From the NCBI GenBank assembly GCA_027622195.1, contig JAQBZO010000005.1, forward strand, positions 18,861-82,860: 64,000 nt of DNA, written 5' to 3'. Origin of the DNA: Planctomycetota bacterium. GTDB lineage: Bacteria; Planctomycetota; Phycisphaerae; Phycisphaerales; SM1A02. Both the position numbers and the translations under genes were made by a program. The number at the start of each line of letters is the position of its first letter. Position 1 is the stretch's first letter. This document shows positions 19,285 through 28,624 of the stretch, in pieces. The notes under the pieces were generated by a model. That model ran no database searches. It was not told where the DNA came from and was given only the letters and a program-made list of their open reading frames with translations.

Positions 19285-20070
19285 TTGCCATCCTTTCGCC
19301 GGCTACAGGAGACTCCCGCTATTAGCAGTTTTTTCCCTCGCCCAGGTGCGCCTCGTTTCTCTGGTCCTCGCCCGAAGGGTAATGGTCCACGTGGACCGCG
19401 CCGCGATGCGCCGCCCATCGGTCCGCGCATGAACGATCGCATTCGGATCACTCCCATTCGGCTGATTGACCAAGCTGGAGAAATGGTGGGTGTTGTTGAA
19501 ACAGACGAAGCGCGCCGCATGGCGAACGAAGCCGGACTCGATCTCGTCGAGATTGCGCCCGATGTGCGGCCGCCCGTGTGCAAGATCATGGACTACGGCA
19601 AGTACAAGTACGAGCAGTCCAAGCAGGATCGCGCCAATCGCGTGAAGAGTAAGGCACAAGAACTGAAGGAAGTGCGCCTTGGTCGATCGATGAAAATTGA
19701 CCCGCATGACATTGAGATTCGAATGCGCCAAGCGCGCGGTTTTTTGCTCGAAGGACACAAGGTCCTGATCGTGCAATTCTTCCGTGGACGAGAGATCGCC
19801 CACCGCAGTCGCGGCAATGAACGAATGGATGGCATCATCGAGAATCTTTCTGATGTGGCTCGGGTCGAACTGACTCCGCGACTCAACGGCAAGCGTCTCA
19901 CGATGATCATGGCACCCGATAAGGCTCGTATCGAGCAATACAAGCGCAAGGAATCAGCCAAGGCTCGCGAAGCGATCGCCGCAGCGCGGGCTGCCGAGGC
20001 GAATCCAGAGCCCGACGATGACCACGATGACGACCACGAGGTCGAGGGCGTCGAGAAAACGACTGAATAA
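19285..20070 (+). CDS. infC: translation initiation factor IF-3
   Basis: Core sequence RMNDRIRITPIRLIDQAGEMVGVVETDEARRMANEAGLDLVEIAPDVRPPVCKIMDYGKYKYEQ. The track ORF starts at TTG 19285. An in-frame ATT at 19321 lies 9 nt after AGGAG (19307..19311) and is my preferred start. Has a Gly/Pro/Arg-rich N-terminal extension and an acidic C-terminal tail. Confidence 0.9.
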   Translation: MPSFRRLQETPAISSFFPRPGAPRFSGPRPKGNGPRGPRRDAPPIGPRMNDRIRITPIRLIDQAGEMVGVVETDEARRMANEAGLDLVEIAPDVRPPVCKIMDYGKYKYEQSKQDRANRVKSKAQELKEVRLGRSMKIDPHDIEIRMRQARGFLLEGHKVLIVQFFRGREIAHRSRGNERMDGIIENLSDVARVELTPRLNGKRLTMIMAPDKARIEQYKRKESAKAREAIAAARAAEANPEPDDDHDDDHEVEGVEKTTE

Positions 20071-20092
20071 TCGCAAATCCCCCCGCTTTCTC

Positions 20093-20120
20093 AACCCGCC
20101 ACGTCGGCGGGTTTTTTCTT
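20093..20120 (+). terminator. rho-independent terminator after infC
   Basis: AACCCGCC-ACGTC-GGCGGGTT hairpin followed by TTTTTCTT, 23 nt after the infC stop. Confidence 0.8.
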
Positions 20121-20128
20121 GGACAGAC

Positions 20129-20157
20129 TTGACTTTTTATGCACTGCGGTGTATATT
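20129..20157 (+). promoter_or_regulatory. sigma70-like promoter of the arg operon with embedded inverted repeat (candidate ArgR operator)
   Basis: TTGACT (20129..20134), 17 nt spacer, TATATT (20152..20157). The imperfect 18-bp palindrome TATGCAC-TGCG-GTGTATA (20138..20155) overlaps the spacer and -10. The argR ATG lies only 12 nt after the -10. Confidence 0.45.
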
Positions 20158-20168
20158 TATTCCTGCCC

Positions 20169-20657
20169 ATGCCAACCAAGATTTCCAGACACCGTGCCAT
20201 CAGCCGCCTCGTTGGCGGAGGTGGAATCCAGAACCAAGCGCAACTCGCGACGGCGCTGTCTCATCTGGGATTCGAGGTCACGCAGGCCACCCTGTCTCGC
20301 GATCTCACTGAACTCAGTGTGCTCAAGGGCACCGATGGCTATGTGCTCGCCGAATCCGTCGGCGCCGTTGGCGTTCCTGACCTGAACCACACGATGCGAC
20401 AATGCCTCGCCGAAGTGCATGCGGGCGGAACGATTGTGGTGCTGAAGACTGCGCCTGGGCAAGCGAGCGTTCTCGCAGTCGCTGTGGACGGAGCACAACT
20501 CGACGGAGTTCTCGGAACCATCGCTGGAGACGATTGCATCTTCGTTGCCACGGCATCGGACGCACGCGCGCGCAGTGTGTCGAACTCCTTTCGCAAGATG
20601 ATCGAACTGCCCACATCTACTCCACGACGATTGGTTCGCGCAGGAGGGCACCGCTGA
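20169..20657 (+). CDS. argR: arginine repressor ArgR
   Basis: Track ORF 20139..20657 trimmed to ATG 20169 (MPTKISRHRAISRLV). Winged-helix segment QAQLATALSHLGFEVTQATLSRDLTEL and C-terminal GTIAGDDCIFV motif. Confidence 0.9.
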   Translation: MPTKISRHRAISRLVGGGGIQNQAQLATALSHLGFEVTQATLSRDLTELSVLKGTDGYVLAESVGAVGVPDLNHTMRQCLAEVHAGGTIVVLKTAPGQASVLAVAVDGAQLDGVLGTIAGDDCIFVATASDARARSVSNSFRKMIELPTSTPRRLVRAGGHR

Positions 20658-21742
20658 TGACGCGCGTAACGCAACCAACTATTCCCGTCGCCGTCGTTGG
20701 CGCAGCGGGCTACGCAGGAGCCGAACTGTGCGAGCGTTTGCTCAATCATCCGAGCGCCACGATCTCAGGATTGTTCGGTTCACGCGGCCGCACCGGCGAT
20801 GGCTCATCGTTTAGCACACTTTTCCCCCGTTTTCTCGGCATTCTCGACACTCCGATCGTCGCGGGAACCGCCGACGCCATCATCGCCACAGGCGCGAAGG
20901 CGGTGTTTCTTTGTACGCCGCATGAGGCGAGCGCGGAACTCGTCCCTACTCTGCTCGACGGTGGATTGACTGTGTTCGACCTCTCAGCCGCATTTCGTTT
21001 GCGCGACGCTTCGCAGTACGAGAGTCACTACGGGTTTGTCCATCCATCGCCCGAACTCTTGACTCGTTCCGTGTACGGGATGGCTGACCTCTTCGCGAAT
21101 GAGATCTCGACCGCGAATCTCATCGCGGTCCCTGGTTGCTATCCCACCTCTGCGATTCTTCCAATCCTTCCACTGCAGGAGGCGGGATTGATTCGCCGCG
21201 ATGCTCCTGTCATTATCGATAGCACGAGCGGAGTGAGCGGTGCGGGACGAACGGCGACGACGAAGTCGCTCTTCTGCGAAGTGTCTCAGCAGGCGTACGG
21301 CGTCTTGAACCACCGGCACGAACCAGAAATCGCTCAGTGGAGTCGCACGGATGTCGTCTTCACCCCACACCTTGGACCATTCGATCGCGGCATCCTCTCG
21401 ACGATTCATCTTCCGCTTGCCGATGGAGTGACAGATGAAACATTGCGCGCGGTGTGGGCGGACCGATTCGCGGGAAGTGCATTCGTCCGCATTCTTCCGA
21501 GTGGAACGTGGTCAAGCGTTGGCGCGGTACGCGGCACGAATATGTGCCATATCTCTCTCGCGACGAGTGAACATCGAAAACACGCGGTCGTGACGAGCGC
21601 GATCGACAACTTGGTCAAGGGGGCAGTTGGGCAAGCGCTCCACTGCTTCAATATCCGCTTTTCCATTGCGCCAGAAACAGGACTCGGTCTCTTCGCGTCA
21701 CATTCGTCGGCGCGCATTCCACAGCAATTGGTGAACGCATGA
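20657..21742 (+). CDS. argC: N-acetyl-gamma-glutamyl-phosphate reductase
   Basis: Track ORF 20402..21742 trimmed to ATG 20657, which overlaps the argR TGA by 1 nt. VAVVGAAGYAGAEL NAD motif and active-site PGCYPTS. Confidence 0.9.
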   Translation: MTRVTQPTIPVAVVGAAGYAGAELCERLLNHPSATISGLFGSRGRTGDGSSFSTLFPRFLGILDTPIVAGTADAIIATGAKAVFLCTPHEASAELVPTLLDGGLTVFDLSAAFRLRDASQYESHYGFVHPSPELLTRSVYGMADLFANEISTANLIAVPGCYPTSAILPILPLQEAGLIRRDAPVIIDSTSGVSGAGRTATTKSLFCEVSQQAYGVLNHRHEPEIAQWSRTDVVFTPHLGPFDRGILSTIHLPLADGVTDETLRAVWADRFAGSAFVRILPSGTWSSVGAVRGTNMCHISLATSEHRKHAVVTSAIDNLVKGAVGQALHCFNIRFSIAPETGLGLFASHSSARIPQQLVNA

Positions 21743-22551
21743 GCGAACGCATCATCATCAAACTCGGCGGCGCGCTGCTCGATAGTCCGACAGAACTCGG
21801 TGCGATTTTGAATGCCATCGCGACGCGCCACGCCACGAACCCCGGATCGATCATCGTCGTTCACGGCGGGGGAGCGGCCATTGATCGCCAACTCTCTGCG
21901 CTTGGAATGGAGATTCAAAAACGCCAAGGCATTCGAGTCACTCCACCTGAGCAGATGGACCAAGTTGCAGCAGTGCTCGGTGGACTCACGAATAGTTCGC
22001 TGACCGCTGCACTCAACGCGCGCGGCGTGCAAGCCATTGGACTTCGATTGCTCGATGGAGGACTCACCAAGTGTGAGTTGTTCGATCCTGCACTCGGGGT
22101 TGGTCGGGTCGGACGCGTGGTTTCTGGAGACGCCACGAGCGTCGAAGCTCTCCTTCTCGCGGGGATGCTGCCCGTCATCGCTCCCATCGGTGCTGACGCT
22201 CAAGGTGGACTCCTCAACATCAATGCCGACGATGCCGCATCCGCCCTTGGATTCATCCTCGGCGCAACGGGACTCCTCCTTCTCACGGATGTGCTTGGTG
22301 TGCTCGATCCATCAGGATCCGTCATCCCGACACTGGACGCGAGGCAGATTGAGGCGCGTCTTGCCGACGGAACGATCACTGGCGGAATGATTCCGAAGGT
22401 TCGCAGTGCACTTGCCGCCGCGATCGCTGCCAATGCTCCGGTCACGATTGCTTCGTGGCGCGGAGCATCTGCACTCCTCGCCATCGCGAGCGGAACATCC
22501 GTTGGAACAGCCATTCTGCCGCATCCATCACTGCAAGGAGTCGCCGTATGA
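21739..22551 (+). CDS. argB: acetylglutamate kinase
   Basis: 270 aa. IIKLGGALL and IVVHGGG motifs. ATGA overlap with argC. Confidence 0.9.
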   Translation: MSERIIIKLGGALLDSPTELGAILNAIATRHATNPGSIIVVHGGGAAIDRQLSALGMEIQKRQGIRVTPPEQMDQVAAVLGGLTNSSLTAALNARGVQAIGLRLLDGGLTKCELFDPALGVGRVGRVVSGDATSVEALLLAGMLPVIAPIGADAQGGLLNINADDAASALGFILGATGLLLLTDVLGVLDPSGSVIPTLDARQIEARLADGTITGGMIPKVRSALAAAIAANAPVTIASWRGASALLAIASGTSVGTAILPHPSLQGVAV

Positions 22552-23498
22552 CCATCTCGCCACCGCCCACTCGCGCCATTGGATCTCGCGGACTCGCGCG
22601 CGTACTCGATCTTTCGTCCATCGAGATTGAATCGATTCTCTCGCTCGCCGAACGGCTGCGCCTCGAAGGGTATGGCGCATTCTCAGAATCCATGCGCGGG
22701 AAGTCGCTCGCACTCGTCTTTGAGAAACCCTCGCTCCGCACGCGTGTTTCATTCGAGGTTGGATTTCAGAAACTCGGCGGATCGGTCATTTTTCTCGATC
22801 AACAAGCGAGTCCACTCGGGTCACGCGAGACTCTTCCCGACTTCGGTCACAACATCGAGCGGTGGATTGATGTGGTCGCAGCGCGCGTGATGTCGCACTC
22901 GACGATTCTTGAACTCTCGAACGCGATGTCGATCCCCGTGATCAATGCGCTCTGTGATCGGCACCATCCATGCCAAGCACTCGCCGACTATCAGACACTG
23001 GCGTCCATCGTTCCATCACTTCGTGAGTCGCATCTCGCGTGGGTTGGCGATGGCAACAATGTGTGCCATTCGCTCATCGAGTGCGCTTCCGCGGTGGGTG
23101 GACGAATCACCGTCGTGACTCCGAAAGAGTGCACGCCATCGCCAGCGATCTGTGCAGATGCACAAGGCCGCGCCATGCGCACAGGAGCGAATCTCACCTT
23201 CTCGAATGATCTCGCCGCGATCGAGGGGGCCGATGCGGTCTATACCGATGTGTGGGTCTCGATGGGAGACACCGAGGGCGATCGCAAGATCGAACTCTTG
23301 TCCCCCTACCAAGTCAATAGTCGCGTGATGCAAATAGCTGGGCCAAGAGCGAAGTTTATGCATTGCCTTCCAGCCAAGCGCGGCATTGAAGTGACCGATG
23401 AGGTCATCGATTCTCCACAATCCATCGTTTTCGATCAGGCAGAGAACCGCATGCATGCGCAGGCGGCACTCCTCCTCTCACTCCTCCAGCACTCTTGA
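22548..23498 (+). CDS. argF: ornithine carbamoyltransferase
   Basis: Track ORF 22455..23498 trimmed to ATG 22548 (ATGA overlap with argB). Motifs: EKPSLRTRVSFE, HPCQALAD, GDGNNV, FMHCLP. Confidence 0.9.
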   Translation: MTISPPPTRAIGSRGLARVLDLSSIEIESILSLAERLRLEGYGAFSESMRGKSLALVFEKPSLRTRVSFEVGFQKLGGSVIFLDQQASPLGSRETLPDFGHNIERWIDVVAARVMSHSTILELSNAMSIPVINALCDRHHPCQALADYQTLASIVPSLRESHLAWVGDGNNVCHSLIECASAVGGRITVVTPKECTPSPAICADAQGRAMRTGANLTFSNDLAAIEGADAVYTDVWVSMGDTEGDRKIELLSPYQVNSRVMQIAGPRAKFMHCLPAKRGIEVTDEVIDSPQSIVFDQAENRMHAQAALLLSLLQHS

Positions 23499-23551
23499 AC
23501 GCAGCACACTCGTTTTTCATTCGCACCAATTCTGAGAAAGCATTTCACCCT

Positions 23552-24790
23552 ATGGACTCCCACTTGCCCAACTGTCACAAAGTCGCACTCGCCTATTCGG
23601 GTGGACTCGATACATCCTGCGTCATCCCGTGGCTCGTCGAGACGATCGGTTGCGAAGTCATCGCCGTTGTTGCCGATGTCGGTCAAGGTGCCGCTGAACT
23701 CAAGGGAATCGAGAAGAAGGCGAAGGACACCGGAGCGAGTGGATGCGTTGTCCTCGACCTTCGCCAAGAGTTCCTTGAAGAGTTCGCATTTCCCATGGCA
23801 CTTTCGGGCGCGGTGTATGAGGGGCGTTACCTCATGGGGACGAGCATTGCTCGTCCGTGCATCGCGCGTGGACAAGTTCGCGTTGCCCTTGAAACGGGAT
23901 GCGATGGACTCGCCCATGGTTGCACCGGCAAGGGCAACGATCAAGTTCGGTTCGAGAGCACCTATGCCGCGCTCGCGCCACACCTCACCGTCGTCGCACC
24001 GTGGCGCCATTGGACATTGCGAAGTCGTGAGGACATGCTCGAATACTTGCGCGTCCGCAACATCCCCACCACGGCGAGTGCCACCAAGATCTACTCGCGC
24101 GATGCGAATATCTGGCACATCTCGCACGAAGGAGCTGAACTCGAGGATCCGTGGAATGCCCCAAGCGATGAGGTGTGGATGTTGACTGCAGATCCATCGA
24201 AGGCGCCCGATGTTGCCCAAGAAGTGCTCATCACCATCGAGCAGGGAGTTCCTGTTGCGGTCGATAGAAAGCGGCTCTCTCCCGTTCAATTGCTCGAAGT
24301 GCTGAACGCGATTGGTGGACGCCACGGCATCGGCCGCGTCGACCTGTGCGAGAACCGACTCGTCGGAATGAAGAGCCGAGGTTGCTACGAAACTCCAGGC
24401 GGAACGATTCTCATGGAGGCACTTCGCGGACTCGAGCAACTCGTTTACGACCGCGACACGCTGCATTTCCGTGAGAGACTCGCCCACGATTTCGCTGAGA
24501 TGATTTACAACGGTTCGTGGTTCACTCCTCTGCGCGAAGCGATCTGGTCTTCATTCGAGAGCATGGCTCGCGTGATGGATGGCGAAGTGATCGTGCGCTG
24601 TTTCAAGGGATCGGCCACGGCGACCCGCCGCCGCAGCCCGAACAGTCTCTTCTCGCACGCGTTCGCCACATTCGGTCAAGACGAGGTCTACAACCAAGCG
24701 CACGCTGAAGGATTCATCCGACTCTTCTCCCTCCCCTCTCGCATTCGCGCGCTCAATCAATCCGCCCGCGTTCAGGAAACCGTCTCGTGA
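23552..24790 (+). CDS. argG: argininosuccinate synthase
   Basis: Track ORF 23495..24790 trimmed to ATG 23552. [15 protein letters not shown]-pyrophosphatase motif and [13 protein letters not shown]. Confidence 0.95.
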   Translation: MDSHLPNCHKVALAYSGGLDTSCVIPWLVETIGCEVIAVVADVGQGAAELKGIEKKAKDTGASGCVVLDLRQEFLEEFAFPMALSGAVYEGRYLMGTSIARPCIARGQVRVALETGCDGLAHGCTGKGNDQVRFESTYAALAPHLTVVAPWRHWTLRSREDMLEYLRVRNIPTTASATKIYSRDANIWHISHEGAELEDPWNAPSDEVWMLTADPSKAPDVAQEVLITIEQGVPVAVDRKRLSPVQLLEVLNAIGGRHGIGRVDLCENRLVGMKSRGCYETPGGTILMEALRGLEQLVYDRDTLHFRERLAHDFAEMIYNGSWFTPLREAIWSSFESMARVMDGEVIVRCFKGSATATRRRSPNSLFSHAFATFGQDEVYNQAHAEGFIRLFSLPSRIRALNQSARVQETVS

Positions 24791-26652
24791 CCACGCTCTA
24801 CGCTGGACGTTTTTCTGGAGAGGCAGACCCTCTCTTTCGTCAGTTCAACGACAGTCTTCCATTCGATCACGCACTCGCGTCTGAAGACATCGAGGGATCG
24901 ATCGCTTGGGCTCGCGCGCTGATGGGCGCGGGAGTGTTGACTCCTAGCGAATTCAACTCACTCGAAAGTGCGTTGCGTGAGATTGAGGCGGCTGCGGTTT
25001 CCGATCCAGCCTGTTTCCACTGCGCGAAGGACGAGGACATTCACTCATGGGTTGAACGCGAGCTCGTGGCTCGTGTGGGCGATCTTGGAAAAAAACTGCA
25101 CACGGGTCGCAGCCGAAACGATCAGGTCGCCACTGATCTTCGACTCTGGATCCGCACGGCAATCATCGCGCGGCAGCAGGAACTGGATATCACGATCACT
25201 TCGTTTCTCGCCCTCGCTGAACGAGAGCGTAGCACCGTGTTTCCTGGATACACCCATTTGCAGCGTGCACAACCCGTGCTCTTTGCGCATTGGTGTTTGG
25301 CGTATGTCGAGATGCTGCTGCGGGACCGCGACCGACTCGGCGACGCGGGACGGCGCGCTGGACAATGTCCACTCGGATCTGGAGCGCTCGCGGGCACCGC
25401 ATATCCAATCGATCGTGTCGCCATCTCCGATGAACTTGGATTCGACGGCCCAACAGCGAACTCGCTGGATGCGGTGAGCGACCGCGACTTCGTGGTCGAA
25501 ACGATTGCAGCGATCAGTCTCGCCAGTATCCATCTCTCGCGCTTTGCGGAAGACTTGATCTTTTACACCTCCACCGAAGCGGGGTTCATTGAACTCTCTG
25601 ACGATGTGACCAGCGGATCAAGCCTGATGCCGCAGAAGAAAAACCCAGACGCCCTTGAATTGATTCGAGGCAAAGCGGGTCGGCAAGTGGGGCACCTCGT
25701 CTCGATCCTCATGACCTTGAAGGGACTCCCCCTCGCCTACAACAAGGATCTTCAAGAGGACAAGGAACCGCTCTTTGATGCGATGGAACAACTCTCGATG
25801 TCTCTTCGCATGGTGCCGCGCGTTCTCGATGGACTTCGAGTCAATCGTGAACGATCGCGCACGGCCGCTGAAGGTGGGTACTCCAATGCGACAGAACTCG
25901 CGGATTACCTCGTCTCCAAGGGAGTCCCCTTCCGTGACGCCCATCATGTGACCGGTCGGCTCGTGCGTGCTGCAATCGCAGACCAGAAACCGCTCGAAGG
26001 TCTCTCGATTGAACGGCTCGCGAAAGAAGATTCGCGCATTACTTCGGATGTCTTTGTCGCGCTCAAAGTGGACAATGCCATCGCCAAGCGCGATGTGCTC
26101 GGAGGCACCGCAGCCAATCGCGTAAAGGAAGGCATCGCTTCGCGCCTCCGCGCCCTCGCAGGACGCCGCACCTTTGAACTTGAAGACGGCATGATCGAAA
26201 TTCGAGAGGCATCGGTCGATGATGTCACAGGGATTCACTCGATCGTCGAACACTGGGCGAGGCTCGGAGAGCACCTCCCGCGTACAGCCGACGAAATCTT
26301 GGAACGACTCAGCGACTTCGGCGTTGCCGTTCGCGATGGACGCGTCGTCGGGTGCGGATCGCTACTGATTTATACGCCGCAACTCGCCGAAATTCGATCA
26401 CTTGGGCTCCTTCCCTCTGTGCACGGAAGTGGACTCGGTCGACGGCTTGTCCGCTACTTCCTCGACTGGGCGGCTGAACTTCATGTGCCTAGCGTGTTCG
26501 TCCTCACCCGCGCTCCGAGTTTCTTCAGCAAGTGCGGATTCCGACAGGTCAGTATCAACAGCCTTCCCGACAAGGTTCTCAAGGACTGCGCACGCTGCCC
26601 TCGCAATGCGAACTGCGATGAAGTCGCGATGGTGTACGACATTCCCGTCTAA
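24787..26652 (+). CDS. argH: argininosuccinate lyase fused to a C-terminal GNAT N-acetyltransferase domain, ArgH(A) type
   Basis: 621 aa with a GTG start overlapping the argG stop (GTGA). Lyase signature [12 protein letters not shown]. From about aa 470 (nt ~26197) a GNAT domain follows: [20 protein letters not shown]...[22 protein letters not shown]...GFRQV. Confidence 0.85.
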   Translation: MTTLYAGRFSGEADPLFRQFNDSLPFDHALASEDIEGSIAWARALMGAGVLTPSEFNSLESALREIEAAAVSDPACFHCAKDEDIHSWVERELVARVGDLGKKLHTGRSRNDQVATDLRLWIRTAIIARQQELDITITSFLALAERERSTVFPGYTHLQRAQPVLFAHWCLAYVEMLLRDRDRLGDAGRRAGQCPLGSGALAGTAYPIDRVAISDELGFDGPTANSLDAVSDRDFVVETIAAISLASIHLSRFAEDLIFYTSTEAGFIELSDDVTSGSSLMPQKKNPDALELIRGKAGRQVGHLVSILMTLKGLPLAYNKDLQEDKEPLFDAMEQLSMSLRMVPRVLDGLRVNRERSRTAAEGGYSNATELADYLVSKGVPFRDAHHVTGRLVRAAIADQKPLEGLSIERLAKEDSRITSDVFVALKVDNAIAKRDVLGGTAANRVKEGIASRLRALAGRRTFELEDGMIEIREASVDDVTGIHSIVEHWARLGEHLPRTADEILERLSDFGVAVRDGRVVGCGSLLIYTPQLAEIRSLGLLPSVHGSGLGRRLVRYFLDWAAELHVPSVFVLTRAPSFFSKCGFRQVSINSLPDKVLKDCARCPRNANCDEVAMVYDIPV

Positions 26653-26676
26653 CGCGCAGACTTTGGCGATTCCAAC

Positions 26677-27888
26677 ATGGCACACACTTCTCATTCGATC
26701 ACCTCTCTCTCGCTGCCACTCCATTGGCCAAACGGATTCACCTCGAGTCTCGCCACGGCTGGACTCAAGCCTTCGGGCAAGGCTGACCTTGCGTTACTCG
26801 TCTGCGATCGCGGCGCGACGGCGGCGGCGGTCTTTACGAAGAACCTTGTTCGCGCAGCACCACTCGAGATCTCTCGCGCTCACCTCAAGAAGTCGAATGG
26901 ACGCTGTCGCGCTCTGATCGTCAATTCAGGATGCGCGAACGCGGCGACTGGACCAGAAGGGACAAGGCGTGCGGAAGCGGTGTTGCGATTGCTCGCGCCA
27001 CAACTTCACTGTGAACCTCACGAAATCCTCGTCAATTCAACGGGGATCATCGGCGTGCAACTGGATACCGCGAAGATCGAGGCGGCACTTCCCACACTGG
27101 TCTCTCGACTTGCACCCGGCGACATCACCCCATTCGCCACGGGCATTCTCACGACCGACACTCGAATGAAAACGGCGGGCGTGCGTGTTCGAGATGCAGA
27201 GGGTCGCACAGCGGTCGTCGTCGGCGCGGTCAAAGGGGCTGGGATGATTCATCCAGACATGGCGACGCTCATCGGCGTGATCACGACCGACGCTGCCATC
27301 GACGCGAGTGCACTCGACCTCATTCTTCGCGAAGCAGTCGACCGCAGTTTTCACCGAATCTCGATCGACGGAGATACCAGCACCAACGATGCGATCTTCG
27401 CCCTTTCGTCTGGCACATCCACCGAGGTCGATCGCGTCGCTCTTCAAGAAGCATTCACCGAGGTGGCTCTCGACCTTGCGCGGCAAGTCGTTCAAGACGC
27501 CGAAGGATTCGAGCGAGGACTTGAAATCACCGTGCGCGAAGCTCGGACCGCCGAAGAAGCGCTGCAGATGGCGCGCACCGTTGGGCAGAGTCTGCTCGTT
27601 CGCACTGCGGTCACGGGCGGCGATCCCAATTGGGGACGCATCCTCGCCGCGATGGGCCGAGCGGGAGTTCTCTTTGATCCCAACACGGCACAAGTCACCG
27701 TGAACGGACTTCCATTCTTTGTCGATGGCGCGCCTGCTCAGACAGATCGAGCGCAACTCGCGAACGCATTCAGTTCGCCGCACGTCCACCTCGAGATCAA
27801 TGTGCGCTCAGGGAGCGCGAGCGATCGGTTTCTAACGTGTGGGCTCACGCGTGCGTATGTCGAGTTCAATGCGAATTACACGACCTAG
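26677..27888 (+). CDS. argJ: bifunctional ornithine acetyltransferase / N-acetylglutamate synthase
   Basis: 403 aa. GILTTDTRMKTAG and the autoprocessing-site motif GMIHPDMATLIGVITTDA. Confidence 0.9.
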   Translation: MAHTSHSITSLSLPLHWPNGFTSSLATAGLKPSGKADLALLVCDRGATAAAVFTKNLVRAAPLEISRAHLKKSNGRCRALIVNSGCANAATGPEGTRRAEAVLRLLAPQLHCEPHEILVNSTGIIGVQLDTAKIEAALPTLVSRLAPGDITPFATGILTTDTRMKTAGVRVRDAEGRTAVVVGAVKGAGMIHPDMATLIGVITTDAAIDASALDLILREAVDRSFHRISIDGDTSTNDAIFALSSGTSTEVDRVALQEAFTEVALDLARQVVQDAEGFERGLEITVREARTAEEALQMARTVGQSLLVRTAVTGGDPNWGRILAAMGRAGVLFDPNTAQVTVNGLPFFVDGAPAQTDRAQLANAFSSPHVHLEINVRSGSASDRFLTCGLTRAYVEFNANYTT

Positions 27889-28266
27889 TCAACGAACACG
27901 GGGCGCGCATCCTCGAGGATTTTCGCAATGCCAAGCGGCGCGTACGGTGCAATATCCACCATGGCGGTCCGAACCGTTGCGACCTGATTCTTCGTAATGC
28001 GCTCGCCGTGCCACGCAGCAGCGCCGGCAACGGCAACCAGATAGATCAACATCGCCCAAGTGCGACACCAGTGCGGCTGCTGGCGAGTCGCAGGTCGCGC
28101 GTGCAGCAGAGAGTGCTTGGCTCATCTGGCCCCCCATTCCCACGAGCGTGTCCTGAAGTCGAGCGAGTTCCCACTCAATGTCATCGTCTGCGACTCCGTC
28201 CGTGCGAAGAGCGTTCGAGAGTGCGAGTCGAATCGCCCTCACATAGGCGATGGAGTCTCTCGGCAT
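27885..28266 (-). CDS. hypothetical small membrane protein, apparently interrupted by a +1 frameshift near 28053..28058
   Basis: Track ORF 27889..28266 is protein-like only up to ...AAALVSHLG, then turns Cys/Arg-rich. The +1 frame continues as MLIYLVAVAGAAAWHGERITKNQVATVRTAMVDIAPYAPLGIAKILEDARPVFVD, with stop at 27885..27887. Removing one G from the GGG run joins the two parts through a 23-aa TM helix. Confidence 0.35.
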
Positions 28267-28624
28267 CGTGCTCCGTGGCTTCTACGCAGCTCGGTGCGGC
28301 GAGGTGTCTCAATGATGCATTCGCCCTGTTTCTCGACCAAGAGCAACCTGATCGCATTCGCGGGCGTGCCCTGCGAGTGGGCCCCCACCCACTCAAAAGA
28401 ATCTCTGCCATTTTTTGACGGTTCTTCGGGGAAAACCCATTTCTGCCGGTATACCTACGAGCCGATTCTGGGCGGCTCGCGCCGAGTTGTCTGGCAAAGA
28501 TGAGTCCTTCCTCGGGACAGCGAATGATCTCTGGGGCATTCGAAGTCGGTGCCACGGCAAAAAACTGCCCCCTCCATGTAATCCATGGAAGGCTGTGGCT
28601 TTTGTGCCCACCCTGCTCACTTTT

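Noticed and set aside
18550-19589. Minus-strand ORFs 18550..19236 and 18780..19589 spanning the thrS-infC junction.
   Set aside because: They run antisense to the thrS 3-prime end and the infC 5-prime end, have low-complexity Arg/Ser composition and show no motifs.
20138-20155. Calling the palindrome a definite ARG box.
   Set aside because: Only the outer positions resemble the classical TGAAT-N-ATTCA consensus, and only a single copy was seen. It is kept only as a tentative operator in the findings.
27837-28503. Plus-strand ORFs 27837..28418 (193 aa) and 28060..28503 (147 aa) downstream of argJ.
   Set aside because: They are Arg/Cys/Ser-rich with no SD or motif. They overlap a more protein-like minus-strand reading with a clear TM helix.
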